Shown: piece by piece, positions 26,856-36,922 of the stretch | How the letters are laid out: each line of letters starts with the position of its first letter | Numbering within the stretch: position 1 is the stretch's first letter | Source: an uncultured Acidobacteriota bacterium | GTDB taxonomy: Bacteria; Acidobacteriota; Vicinamibacteria; Vicinamibacterales; CAVVIG01 | Direction: 5' to 3' | Assembly (NCBI GenBank): GCA_902825985.1 | Contig: CADEDC010000012.1 | Coordinates: 29,602 to 93,601, forward strand | DNA: 64,000 nt | Notes under the pieces: model-generated | Databases searched by the model: none | Seen by the model: the letters and a program-made list of their open reading frames with translations, nothing else | Told to the model about the DNA's origin: nothing | Position numbers and translations under genes: made by a program

Positions 26856-28109
26856 GTGGCCTGTCCTTCCCTGCGCACCATTCCGGCGCTGGCCATGCTG
26901 GTCGTCGGCCTCGGCCTCCGTCCGGCCGGGGCCCAGATGCTCCGGTCCGAACCGCTGGTGTTCGGCGACGGCCGCGCCACGCTCGCCGGCGACGTGTCGT
27001 GGAGCTTCTCCTGTTCGCACGCGCCGTCGATCGATGGCTGCGGCGAGGACCTCGGCTATTTCAACTACGGCAACTACGAGACGCCGCTGCTGCGCAATTT
27101 CCGCGTCAACGTCTCGGCGTCGGTCAAGGCGGCGCGTCGGATCTCGTTCCTGACGGAGGTCCGGTCGGACAACCTGCGGCGCCCGGAACCCTATGCGCTG
27201 TACGTGCGGGTCCGGCCGTGGCTGAACCGGCAGTTCGACCTGCAAGCTGGACGCATACCGCCGACGTTCGGGGCGTTCTCGCGCCGACCCTATCCGACGG
27301 ACAACCTGCTCATCGGCATGCCGCTCGCCTATCAATACTTGACGTCGTTGCGGCCCGACGCGCTGCCGGCCACGGCCGACGAACTGATTCGCATGCGCGG
27401 CCGCGGCTGGCTTTCCACCTACACGGTCGGCAGCCAGACGCCGCGGGCGGGCGTGCCGCTGCTGAACGGCCTGTCCTGGGATGCCGGCATCCAGGCCCAT
27501 GCCGCCACCGACTGGCTCGACGCCGCGGTCTCGGTCACCAACGGGACGCTGTCCCACCCGGTGATCCGCGAGGACAACGCCGGCAAGCAGATCTCGGGAC
27601 GCGTCGGCATCACGCCGGTGACCGGACTCATCGCGGGCGCGTCGGCGGCCCGCGGGCCGTTCGCCGCCCGGACCGCGACGCTCGGCGCCGGGCTGCCGTC
27701 CGACGACCGCTCGGTCACGCAGACGGCTTGGGGCGTCGACATCGAGTATTCGCACGGATACTACCTGCTGCGCGCCGAGACGATCGTCAGTGCCTGGCAT
27801 CTGCCAACCCTCGGGACTCCGGCCATCAGCGGACCGCTGCGGGCCGTGGCGGCGACGCTGGAAGGACGCTACAAACTGCGTCCCGGGCTGTACGCCGCCG
27901 CCCGTGTCGATCGCCTGGCGTTCAACGAGGTGATCGGCTCGTCCGGCTCGGAGACGTGGGAGGCGCCGGTCACGCGGGTCGAAGCCGGCGTCGGCTACCT
28001 GCTGCAACGCAATTTGCTGCTCAAGCTCGTCTATCAGCACAACGACCGTGATGGCGGCCGGGTGCCGGTGGTCCAGATCGGCGCCGGTCAGCTCGTGTAT
28101 TGGTTTTGA
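26856..28109 (+). CDS. outer-membrane beta-barrel (porin-like) protein of unknown function
   Basis: Signal peptide ...LGLRPAGAQ, alternating amphipathic strands, and a C-terminal beta-signal ending QIGAGQLVYWF. Confidence 0.65.
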   Translation: MACPSLRTIPALAMLVVGLGLRPAGAQMLRSEPLVFGDGRATLAGDVSWSFSCSHAPSIDGCGEDLGYFNYGNYETPLLRNFRVNVSASVKAARRISFLTEVRSDNLRRPEPYALYVRVRPWLNRQFDLQAGRIPPTFGAFSRRPYPTDNLLIGMPLAYQYLTSLRPDALPATADELIRMRGRGWLSTYTVGSQTPRAGVPLLNGLSWDAGIQAHAATDWLDAAVSVTNGTLSHPVIREDNAGKQISGRVGITPVTGLIAGASAARGPFAARTATLGAGLPSDDRSVTQTAWGVDIEYSHGYYLLRAETIVSAWHLPTLGTPAISGPLRAVAATLEGRYKLRPGLYAAARVDRLAFNEVIGSSGSETWEAPVTRVEAGVGYLLQRNLLLKLVYQHNDRDGGRVPVVQIGAGQLVYWF

Positions 28110-28110
28110 T

Positions 28111-28809
28111 ATGCAGCCCGGCCCCCGCGCCCTCATCCTGCTGGCCGTCGGCGGCCTCACCATCCTCACCGGACCGATGCACCTCCCCGGCACGGTCGCG
28201 CGCGCCGTCGCCGCCGCACCCGGCATCATTCGCGGGCGCGTCGAGATCGGCAGACCGGTCACGACCGGCGAACGCCGGCCGGGGGTCGCCCAGCTCGGCG
28301 CCCCGCCCGAGCGCAACCGTCCGGATCCGAGACAGGCGGTCGTCTACCTGCAGGCGGCGCCGCGCGGCGCCTTCGAGCAGACCGATGCCGGCCGCGCGGT
28401 GATGGATCAGCGGAACGAAACCTTCGTCCCGCACGTCCTCGCCATCACCACCGGGACGACCGTCGACTTCCCGAACAGCGATCGCACGTATCACAACGTG
28501 TTCTCGCTGTCGAAAGCGTCGAAGTTCGACCTCGGACGGTACGCGGTGGGCCGCTCGAAGTCGGTCCGCTTCGACCGACCCGGCATCGTCCGCGTATTCT
28601 GCGACATCCACTCGCACATGAACGCGTTCATCCTGGTCTTCAGTCATCGCTACTTCGCGATGACCGATGCCGAGGGGCGCTACCGCATCGACAACGTGCC
28701 GCCGGGGACGTACCAGGTGGTCGCCTGGAACGAAGGCAAGACGTCGGAGCCGAAGGCGGTCGCGGTTCCCGACGGTGGCCCGGCCGAACTCGACTTCTTC
28801 CTGCGATGA
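28111..28809 (+). CDS. periplasmic type-1 (blue) copper cupredoxin domain fused to a carboxypeptidase-regulatory-like (Ig-like) domain
   Basis: ATG at 28111, 1 nt after the upstream stop. YHNVFSL plus FCDIHSHMNAF supplies a plastocyanin-like set of His, Cys, His and Met ligands. The C-terminal GRYRIDNVPPGTYQVVAW is CarboxypepD_reg-like. Confidence 0.7.
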   Translation: MQPGPRALILLAVGGLTILTGPMHLPGTVARAVAAAPGIIRGRVEIGRPVTTGERRPGVAQLGAPPERNRPDPRQAVVYLQAAPRGAFEQTDAGRAVMDQRNETFVPHVLAITTGTTVDFPNSDRTYHNVFSLSKASKFDLGRYAVGRSKSVRFDRPGIVRVFCDIHSHMNAFILVFSHRYFAMTDAEGRYRIDNVPPGTYQVVAWNEGKTSEPKAVAVPDGGPAELDFFLR

Positions 28810-30602
28810 GCCTGCTGCGTTCGCTGCAGAGCCGCATGTTCCTGGCGTCGGCCCTGCTGACCGTCGTCTCGATCGGCGTCGCGATCTATCTGGTGGGGGT
28901 GCGGGTGAACCGCGAGGTCGAAGACGCCCTGCAGCGTGACATCGTCGCCACCGGCGCCCTGGTCGATCAGCTGCGGACGACGCGCGCCGAGACGTTCGCG
29001 ATGATGGCGCGACTGGTCGGCGACGCGCCGAAGCTGAAGGCGGCAGTCGATACCAACGATCCGCCGACCGTGCAGGACGTCGCCGGCGACTACCGGGAAC
29101 AGCTGCGGGCGCACCGGCTGATCATCACCAATCGCAGCGGCCAGGTCCTTGCCCACGTCGGCGGCGCCGCCGACGAGACGCGGCGGCTGGCCGCCAGCCC
29201 GGCCACCGCCATCGCCCTCGGCGGCCGTGACGGCTTTGCGATCGTGCCGGTCGACGACGGTCTGCTGCAACTGTTCACGGTGCCGATCGCGCTCGGCGTC
29301 GAACGCCCCGACGTGCTCGGCAGCCTGATCGTCGGGTTCCTGCTGGACGACACGCTGGCGGCCGAGCTGAAATCACTGACCGGAAGCGATCTCGCCTTCG
29401 GCCTCGACGGCCGGATTCTCGCGTCGACCCTGCCCGCCGATCATCTCGAGCGGGTCGGGAGCCTGCTCACCGCCGTGCGGCCGCAGAACGTGACGCTCGG
29501 CGGCGAAGAGTTCGTTGCGCTGGCACGGCCGCTGGCGCCGGGCACCGGTGGCTCGTCCGCGTCCGCCGCCGCCGTGATCCTGCGCTCCCGCACCGACCAG
29601 GTGCGGTTCCTCAACGAAATCAACTCGGAGCTGGCGGTCACCGCGGTACTCGGCGTCCTGCTCGCCACGCTCCTGAGCTTCGGCGTGGCCCGCACCATCA
29701 CACGGCCGCTCGCCGCCATCACCAGGGTGATGAAGGACGTGGCGACCACCGGCGACCTGACGCGGAAGATCACGTCGGGCAGCGCGCGCCGCTGGCACGA
29801 CGAGGACGCCCAGATTCTGGCGTCGACGTTCAACACGCTGACCGAGTCGATCGTCCGCTTCCAGCGCGAGGGCGCCCAGAAGGAGCGGCTGTCGTCGCTC
29901 GGCCGGCTCTCCACGGTCATCGCCCACGAAGTCCGCAATCCGCTGATGATCATCAAGGCGGCGTTGCGGCCGTTGCGCCTGCCGGCGCCCGATCCCGAGG
30001 CGCTCCGGGAGGCGGTCACCGACATCGAACACGAAGTCGCGCGCCTGAACCGGGTGGTCAACGAGGTCCTGGACTTTGCCCGGCCGATCCGCTTCGAGCT
30101 GGGGCCCACCGCCGTCAACGACCTGTGCCGGGAATCCGCCAGCGCCGCGCAGGCGGCCCCCGGGGTGCCGGTTCGTCTCGAGCTGGCGTCCGACGTGCCG
30201 GTGATCCGATCCGACACCGAACGGCTGCGCCAGGCGCTGGTCAACCTGATCGTCAATGCACGGCAGGCGGTGGACGTCCACACCGCGCCGGCGCGCGTCG
30301 CACCTGGCGGGGTGGCGGCGCTGTCCGGTCCGGAGGCGTGCGTCACCGTGTCGACCCGCACCGAGCCGGATGCGGTCACCATTATCATCGCCGACCCGGG
30401 ACGGGGGATCGATCCGGCCGACCTGCCGAGGATCTTCGATCCCTACTTCACGACCAAGCGCGGCGGCACAGGTCTTGGATTGCCGATTGCCAGGAACGTC
30501 GTGGAGGGGCTCGGCGGCACGCTGACCGTCCTGAGCACGGTCGGCCGCGGAACGGAAATCCGCATCGACCTCCCGCGAACATCCGGCGACAGCTCCGTGT
30601 GA
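28806..30602 (+). CDS. membrane sensor histidine kinase (periplasmic sensor domain, HAMP, HisKA, HATPase_c)
   Basis: Two TM segments flank a ~250-aa sensor domain. The H-box is LSTVIAHEVRNPLMII. The N, G1 and G2 boxes are LVNLIVNARQA, DPGRGI and GGTGLGLPIARN. It overlaps the upstream gene by 4 nt. Confidence 0.9.
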   Translation: MSLLRSLQSRMFLASALLTVVSIGVAIYLVGVRVNREVEDALQRDIVATGALVDQLRTTRAETFAMMARLVGDAPKLKAAVDTNDPPTVQDVAGDYREQLRAHRLIITNRSGQVLAHVGGAADETRRLAASPATAIALGGRDGFAIVPVDDGLLQLFTVPIALGVERPDVLGSLIVGFLLDDTLAAELKSLTGSDLAFGLDGRILASTLPADHLERVGSLLTAVRPQNVTLGGEEFVALARPLAPGTGGSSASAAAVILRSRTDQVRFLNEINSELAVTAVLGVLLATLLSFGVARTITRPLAAITRVMKDVATTGDLTRKITSGSARRWHDEDAQILASTFNTLTESIVRFQREGAQKERLSSLGRLSTVIAHEVRNPLMIIKAALRPLRLPAPDPEALREAVTDIEHEVARLNRVVNEVLDFARPIRFELGPTAVNDLCRESASAAQAAPGVPVRLELASDVPVIRSDTERLRQALVNLIVNARQAVDVHTAPARVAPGGVAALSGPEACVTVSTRTEPDAVTIIIADPGRGIDPADLPRIFDPYFTTKRGGTGLGLPIARNVVEGLGGTLTVLSTVGRGTEIRIDLPRTSGDSSV

Positions 30603-30605
30603 CCC

Positions 30606-31973
<1,368 letters not shown>

Positions 31974-31989
31974 CGCCTGCGTCGGGAGC

Positions 31990-32038
31990 CGCCTTGCGCC
32001 GGCCGGCGTGTTCTTACGCCTTGCGAAAGCGCCTTACG
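31990..32038 (+). promoter_or_regulatory. three direct repeats CGCCTT(G/A)CG, candidate enhancer (UAS) sites
   Basis: CGCCTTGCG at 31990-31998 and 32017-32025, and CGCCTTACG at 32030-32038. They lie 75-120 bp upstream of the sigma-54 promoter. Confidence 0.3.
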
Positions 32039-32111
32039 ACGCGCGAAACATCCGGCCCGGGCCGGCGTCCGCGATCGCCGCGGAAACCGACGGATTTCAC
32101 CACCACGACCA

Positions 32112-32126
32112 TGGCACCGCGCTTGC
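32112..32126 (+). promoter_or_regulatory. sigma-54 (-24/-12) promoter
   Basis: TGGCAC-cgcgc-TTGC is an exact match to the consensus TGGCAC-N5-TTGC. It lies 40 nt upstream of the ATG at 32167 (GGAGG at 32159-32163) and directly downstream of a sigma-54 activator gene. Confidence 0.7.
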
Positions 32127-32166
32127 GCCCTGCTGACGGAAACTGGTTGGACCCATCCGGAGGCAC

Positions 32167-32622
32167 ATGCGTCACTACATCCGTATCTTCGCCATCGTTG
32201 TGTTCGCGGCCGGCGCGGCCGCCTGCGATGAAGATCTGTCCTCGATCACCGGGCCGACGCCCAACCTGGAACCGACGTTCTCGAGCATCCAGGCGAACAT
32301 CTTCGAAGTCTCGGACTCGGCGGGCCGCGTGGCCTGCATCAATTGCCACACGAACGTCGGCCGGACGCCGGCCGCCAATCTGAACCTCCTGCACGACTTC
32401 GCCTACGACCAGTTGGTGAACCGCGCCAGCAGCCAGCGTCAAGGCTGGTCCATCGTCTCGCCGGGAAACCCGAACGCCAGCTATCTGGTCGAGAAGCTGG
32501 TGGCGACGCCGAGCGCGCCGATCGTCGGACTTCGGATGCCTCGCAACATCCCTCCCTTCCTGACCGACGGTCAGATTCTCGTCATCAAGCGCTGGATTGA
32601 GAACGGCGCCGAGCGGAACTAG
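32167..32622 (+). CDS. monoheme c-type cytochrome lipoprotein
   Basis: The lipoprotein signal is MRHYIRIFAIVVFAAGAAAC. There is a single CxxCH heme-binding motif, in IFEVSDSAGRVACINCHTN. Confidence 0.7.
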   Translation: MRHYIRIFAIVVFAAGAAACDEDLSSITGPTPNLEPTFSSIQANIFEVSDSAGRVACINCHTNVGRTPAANLNLLHDFAYDQLVNRASSQRQGWSIVSPGNPNASYLVEKLVATPSAPIVGLRMPRNIPPFLTDGQILVIKRWIENGAERN

Positions 32623-32680
32623 CAGACGCGTCCGCAGCGCCACTTTTCAGTCATCGGGACTTCTCAATCAAGGAGCTATC

Positions 32681-33487
32681 GTGAATCGTTCATGGTTTCG
32701 ACTCGCCGCGGCGCTGGCCCTCACGGTCGCGTTCGCACCCTCGGCATTCGCGCAGGATGACGACGACGCCTCGCTCAAGCTCGCGGAGCCGGACTTCAAC
32801 CTCATGGCCCTGCCGACCGCGTTGCGGCTGCCGGCGCGCGGCAGCGCCTTCCGCGTCACCCACCGTTTCCTCCGCCCGCTGGCCGATGGCGATTTCGGCG
32901 ATCTCGCCGGCGACCTCTTCGGCCTCGACAACGGTGCCCAGATCGGCCTCGAGTACCGCGTCGGGCTGATGAAGAACACCCAGGTGGGGCTCCACCGGAC
33001 CAACGACAAGGACCTGATGCTGTTCACGCAGTACGGCCTGGTACGTCAGGGCCAATTGCCGGTGGACGTCTCGATCCTGGCGTCGATCGACGGCACCAAC
33101 AACTTCAAGGACAGCTACTCTCCGTCCCTCGGTGTCATCCTGTCGCGCACCGTTGGCGACGTCGCGGCGGTCTACGTCGAGCCGATGTGGGTGAACAACA
33201 CCAACATCCTGCCCAAGGACCTGACCGACGACAACGACACCATCATCGTCGGACTCGGCGCCCGCGTCCGGTTCCTGCCGACCGCATATCTCGCCCTCGA
33301 GTACGCGCCGCGTGTCGGCTATGCGCCGGGGGATGACCACATCAGCGTCGGCCTCGAGAAGCGGGTCGGCGGCCACAGCTTCCAGTTGAACTTCTCGAAC
33401 TCGTACGGGACGACCCGCCGACAGCTGGCCCTCGGCGGCAGTGAGTCCTGGTATCTCGGCTTCCAGATCGCGCGCAAGTTCTTCTGA
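32681..33487 (+). CDS. outer-membrane beta-barrel protein of unknown function
   Basis: The GTG at 32681 is preceded by AAGGAG (32670-32675). Signal peptide VNRSWFRLAAALALTVAFAPSAFAQ. Alternating strands end in FQIARKFF. Confidence 0.7.
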   Translation: MNRSWFRLAAALALTVAFAPSAFAQDDDDASLKLAEPDFNLMALPTALRLPARGSAFRVTHRFLRPLADGDFGDLAGDLFGLDNGAQIGLEYRVGLMKNTQVGLHRTNDKDLMLFTQYGLVRQGQLPVDVSILASIDGTNNFKDSYSPSLGVILSRTVGDVAAVYVEPMWVNNTNILPKDLTDDNDTIIVGLGARVRFLPTAYLALEYAPRVGYAPGDDHISVGLEKRVGGHSFQLNFSNSYGTTRRQLALGGSESWYLGFQIARKFF

Positions 33488-33630
33488 GCTCACCCCAGGC
33501 CACCCATGGCCGTCCGGGCACCTGTCGATGCTCCGCAGGTGTCCGGATCTCTTTCCTCCTCCCAGGGCCGCGACGACCTCGGCCTCGCATCCACCGCCCA
33601 CCTGTCGTAAGCTGTGAGCGGCGTGCCGGC

Positions 33631-34038
33631 ATGGCTGACAGCGAGGAGGTTCGCGTGACGATTCTGCCCATCACCGGGTTGGTCCTGGCAGGCCTCGTCA
33701 CGGCGGCGTGCGGGACCTCCGAACCGGCACCATCCACCGGCGGCGGCAGCGATCCGGCTACGACGTTCACCATCACGGCGAGCGGCGTCAGCCCGCGCAC
33801 CATGACGGTGCCGCGCGGCACGCAGGTGACGTTCGTCAACAACGCCGGCCGCGCCCATGACATGTCGAGCGACCCGCATCCGACCCACGAGAACTGCCCC
33901 GAACTGAACAGTGTCGGCCTGCTCAGCGCCGGCCAGCGCCGTCAGAGCGCGAATCTGAACGCGGCTGGCCGCTGCGGATTCCACGACCACAACCAGCCCG
34001 GAAACGCCGCATTGCAGGGCACGATCACCATCCAGTAG
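33631..34038 (+). CDS. cupredoxin-like lipoprotein
   Basis: The lipobox is LVTAAC. The block PRTMTVPRGTQVTFVNNAGRAHDM...GRCGFHDHNQPGNAALQGTITIQ has a cupredoxin-like strand pattern with a C-x2-H motif. The start codon is uncertain. Confidence 0.6.
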   Translation: MADSEEVRVTILPITGLVLAGLVTAACGTSEPAPSTGGGSDPATTFTITASGVSPRTMTVPRGTQVTFVNNAGRAHDMSSDPHPTHENCPELNSVGLLSAGQRRQSANLNAAGRCGFHDHNQPGNAALQGTITIQ

Positions 34039-34242
34039 GCCGCTTGACGAGGACGGCACAGATGCTGTCCATGGGCCGCCGGCCGTCACGCTGGCAGGCC
34101 CGGCCGGCCCGGACGCGCCCGGGCGGGTCCGGCGTCGATTCCCGATGAACGCACCGAACGTGCGGCATATTGTCGCAGCGCCGGCGCGGCCGGGCCATCC
34201 CTGCGCGCGCCGACCGATCGGCGTCGTACACTGTCGACGACG

Positions 34243-35625
34243 ATGGAGACGGGCGTGACCAGCACCGCACAGGGCTCACCGGGTTCGCCGGATTCACCGG
34301 GTTCACAGGGCTTACAGGGGGCCGGCGCCGCGATCCGGCCCTGGTATCTGGCCGCGACGTCGCTCGGCACGCTGACCTGGCTGGTGCGGCTGCGCTGGAC
34401 GTCGGTCGCGCTGCACGTCGCCGTCCTCGCCTTCAGCGCCGCCTTCAGCCACGTCGATTTCCCGCTCCGCCGCCTGGCCTGGTTCGTCGCTGCCGCCGCC
34501 CTCGTCAACGCGCTGCGGGCCCGCTGGCTCGACGCGACCGGCACGACGCCACGCACCTTCGACGGCCTCGGTCTCGTCATCGACGCGATGCTGCTGACCG
34601 GACTGCTCGAGCTCACCGGCGGACCGTTCAATCCGTTCGGTGTCATCTTCATCGTCCAGATCGCACTGGCCGTGGTGACGCTCGGCCGCCTGCCGGCGGT
34701 CGGGCAGTCGCTCCTCGCGCTGGTCTGCATCGGCCTGCTCGTCTACTGGCACACGACGGAGACGGATCCCGAGCACCACCGTCTGAACGACTTCCCCACC
34801 CACCTGTTCACCATGTGGGTGGCGGCCGCCGTGATCGTCGAGCTGGTCGCCTATTTCGTCCTGCAGGCGTCGAACGCCTTGTCGCGTCGCGAGCAGGAGC
34901 TCGACGCCATGCGGCGGCAGGCCGCCCGCACCGAACGGCTGATCGCGATGACGACGCTGGCAGCGGGAGCCGCCCACGAACTGTCGACGCCGCTCGCCAC
35001 GATCGCGCTGGCCTCGCGTGAGCTCGAACACACCGCGGCGCGCGGCTCGACGCCAGGCCTCGTCGATGATGCCCGCCTCATTCGTGCGGAGGTCGACCGC
35101 TGTCGTGCCATCCTCGACCAGATGAGTGGACGGGCGGGGGGGGTCGCGACCGACAATCCGGACGAGGTGACGATTGCCGCGGTCATCGACGACGTGCGGG
35201 CGCGGCTGACGGTCGAACAACGGGAGCGGCTGCTGGTGCGCATCGACCCGTCCGTCGGTCCCCTGCGTCTCCCCCGCACAGGTTTCGGCCAGGCCCTCGT
35301 GTCGCTGATCACGAACGCCTTCGATGCCACCGCCGAGCAGCGACCCGCGAGCGATGCGCCGGTCCGCCTCGAGGCCAGGCAGCTCGGCACGCGCCTGCAG
35401 GTGTACGTGCGCGACTCCGGTACCGGCATGGCGCCGCACCTGCTCGAACGCGTCGGCGAGCCATTCTTCACGACGAAGGAGGCCGGACGGGGACTCGGAC
35501 TGGGCGTCTTCCTCGCCCGCATCTTTGCCGAGCGTGCCGGCGGATCGCTGTCGCTCGACGCCGACCAGGGGACGACCGTCACCCTCGATCTGCCGGTGCG
35601 GATGGAGACCGGGGGGGCGCGATGA
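34243..35625 (+). CDS. regB: RegB/PrrB/ActS-type redox-sensing membrane histidine kinase
   Basis: There are six predicted TM helices. One carries the RegB quinone-site heptapeptide GGxxNPF (GGPFNPF). The H-box is AAHELSTPLATI. A Cys follows in EVDRCRAILDQM, at the redox-box position. The HATPase boxes are DSGTGM and GRGLGLGVF. Confidence 0.8.
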   Translation: METGVTSTAQGSPGSPDSPGSQGLQGAGAAIRPWYLAATSLGTLTWLVRLRWTSVALHVAVLAFSAAFSHVDFPLRRLAWFVAAAALVNALRARWLDATGTTPRTFDGLGLVIDAMLLTGLLELTGGPFNPFGVIFIVQIALAVVTLGRLPAVGQSLLALVCIGLLVYWHTTETDPEHHRLNDFPTHLFTMWVAAAVIVELVAYFVLQASNALSRREQELDAMRRQAARTERLIAMTTLAAGAAHELSTPLATIALASRELEHTAARGSTPGLVDDARLIRAEVDRCRAILDQMSGRAGGVATDNPDEVTIAAVIDDVRARLTVEQRERLLVRIDPSVGPLRLPRTGFGQALVSLITNAFDATAEQRPASDAPVRLEARQLGTRLQVYVRDSGTGMAPHLLERVGEPFFTTKEAGRGLGLGVFLARIFAERAGGSLSLDADQGTTVTLDLPVRMETGGAR

Positions 35626-36218
35626 CGCCGCCCGGCAGGTCATCGACCGGCACCGCTGGTCCGGTGTCGGCCAGGGACGCCCGCAGCATCCTCATCGTCG
35701 ATGACGACGAGCGCTTCCGGACGCGGCTCGTCCGCGCCTTCGCCGAGCGCGGCCTCGACGCCACTGGCGCCGGCGACTACGACGAGGCGCTCGCGGCGGC
35801 CCGGAGCGACAGCCCGGAACTGGCCGTGGTCGACCTGCGGCTGCCCGGCCGTACCGGCCTCGAGATCGTTCGCGACCTCAAGGCGCTGGACCCGACGACC
35901 TACGTCGTCGTGCTCACCGGATACGGCAGCATCGCCACCGCCGTACAGAGCGTCAAGTTCGGCGCGACCTCCTATCTCACGAAACCGGTCGACGCCGATC
36001 AGATTCTGGCGGCCTTCGACGCGCCGCCCGGCGCCGCCTTCGACGCCGCGACACCGGCACCGCCGCCGCAGCGCCTGGCGCGCGTGGAATGGGAGCACAT
36101 CCAACGCGTGATGGCCGACTGCGACGGCAACGTCTCGCAGGCGGCCCGGCTGCTTGGCATCCACCGCCGCTCGCTGCAACGCAAGCTCGCCAAGTACCCG
36201 GTGCCCGAAAACGGCTGA
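35622..36218 (+). CDS. regA: RegA/PrrA/ActR-type response regulator
   Basis: A REC domain (ILIVDDDERF, LAVVDLRLPG, TKP) plus a short Fis-type HTH (NVSQAARLLGIHRRSLQRKLAKYP). It overlaps the kinase gene by 4 nt. Confidence 0.85.
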   Translation: MTPPGRSSTGTAGPVSARDARSILIVDDDERFRTRLVRAFAERGLDATGAGDYDEALAAARSDSPELAVVDLRLPGRTGLEIVRDLKALDPTTYVVVLTGYGSIATAVQSVKFGATSYLTKPVDADQILAAFDAPPGAAFDAATPAPPPQRLARVEWEHIQRVMADCDGNVSQAARLLGIHRRSLQRKLAKYPVPENG

Positions 36219-36269
36219 CCGAGATCGCGTGCTAGACTCGAAAATCGATCATTCATAGCGGAGGCACTC

Positions 36270-36818
36270 ATGGTTCGATTGACATCCTTGATGGCCGCCG
36301 GCACGCTGGTGGTCGCCCTGACCGCCACGCTGGCGGCGCAGAAGACGACGCAGCTACGACCTGGCGGCGGCGGCAGTCCGCACGTGCGCAGCGAGTGGAC
36401 GATCGACGGCGCGACCCTGACCGTCGAGTACGGCCGGCCGTTCCTGAAGGGTCGCTCGGAGGCGATGATGCTGCCGAGCGGACAGATCTGGCGCACCGGC
36501 GCCGACGCGGCGACGATCATCACCTCGAGCCGGCCACTGAAGTTCGGACCGGTCGCGCTGCCGGCCGGCACCCACACCATCAACACGGTGCCTGGCGATC
36601 AGCAGTGGCTGCTGCTGCTCGGCACGCTCGAAAAGCCCGGCCAGTGGGGCATTCCCTACCTGAAGGCGCTGGAGGTCGGCCGGGTGCCGATGACGCTCGC
36701 GAAGACGGCGGCGAGCGTCGAGCAGGTGACGATCGCGATCGACGACACGCCGGCGGGCGCGACGCTGCGGATCGAATGGGGCAGCCGCCGGGCGACGGTG
36801 CCGTTCACGATCGGCTAG
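36270..36818 (+). CDS. secreted DUF2911-family protein
   Basis: A signal peptide followed by SPHVRSEWTIDGATLTVEYGRPFLKGR...QIWRTGADAATIITSS...LPAGTHTI, the usual DUF2911 pattern. Confidence 0.75.
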   Translation: MVRLTSLMAAGTLVVALTATLAAQKTTQLRPGGGGSPHVRSEWTIDGATLTVEYGRPFLKGRSEAMMLPSGQIWRTGADAATIITSSRPLKFGPVALPAGTHTINTVPGDQQWLLLLGTLEKPGQWGIPYLKALEVGRVPMTLAKTAASVEQVTIAIDDTPAGATLRIEWGSRRATVPFTIG

Positions 36819-36922
36819 GCGGTGCGGTCGTGTCGGGTACGCCGGCCGCGGTCGTCGTGCGTGACACACCGATGTGACCGGGCGTTCACGGCTCGGACAT
36901 GTCGGCGCGATAGGGTCCTGGC

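Noticed and set aside
33516-33531. A sigma-54-like GGGCAC upstream of the cupredoxin-like lipoprotein gene.
   Set aside because: The -12 element is missing. The sequence after a 5-nt spacer is GATG rather than TTGC, so the GG-to-GC spacing does not fit.
34260-34325. The short DNA repeats caccgggttc / ggattcaccgggttcacaggg at the start of the RegB-like gene.
   Set aside because: They encode a Gly/Ser/Pro-rich N-terminal tail (GSPGSPDSPGSQGLQG) in the correct frame. This is low-complexity coding sequence, not an independent element.
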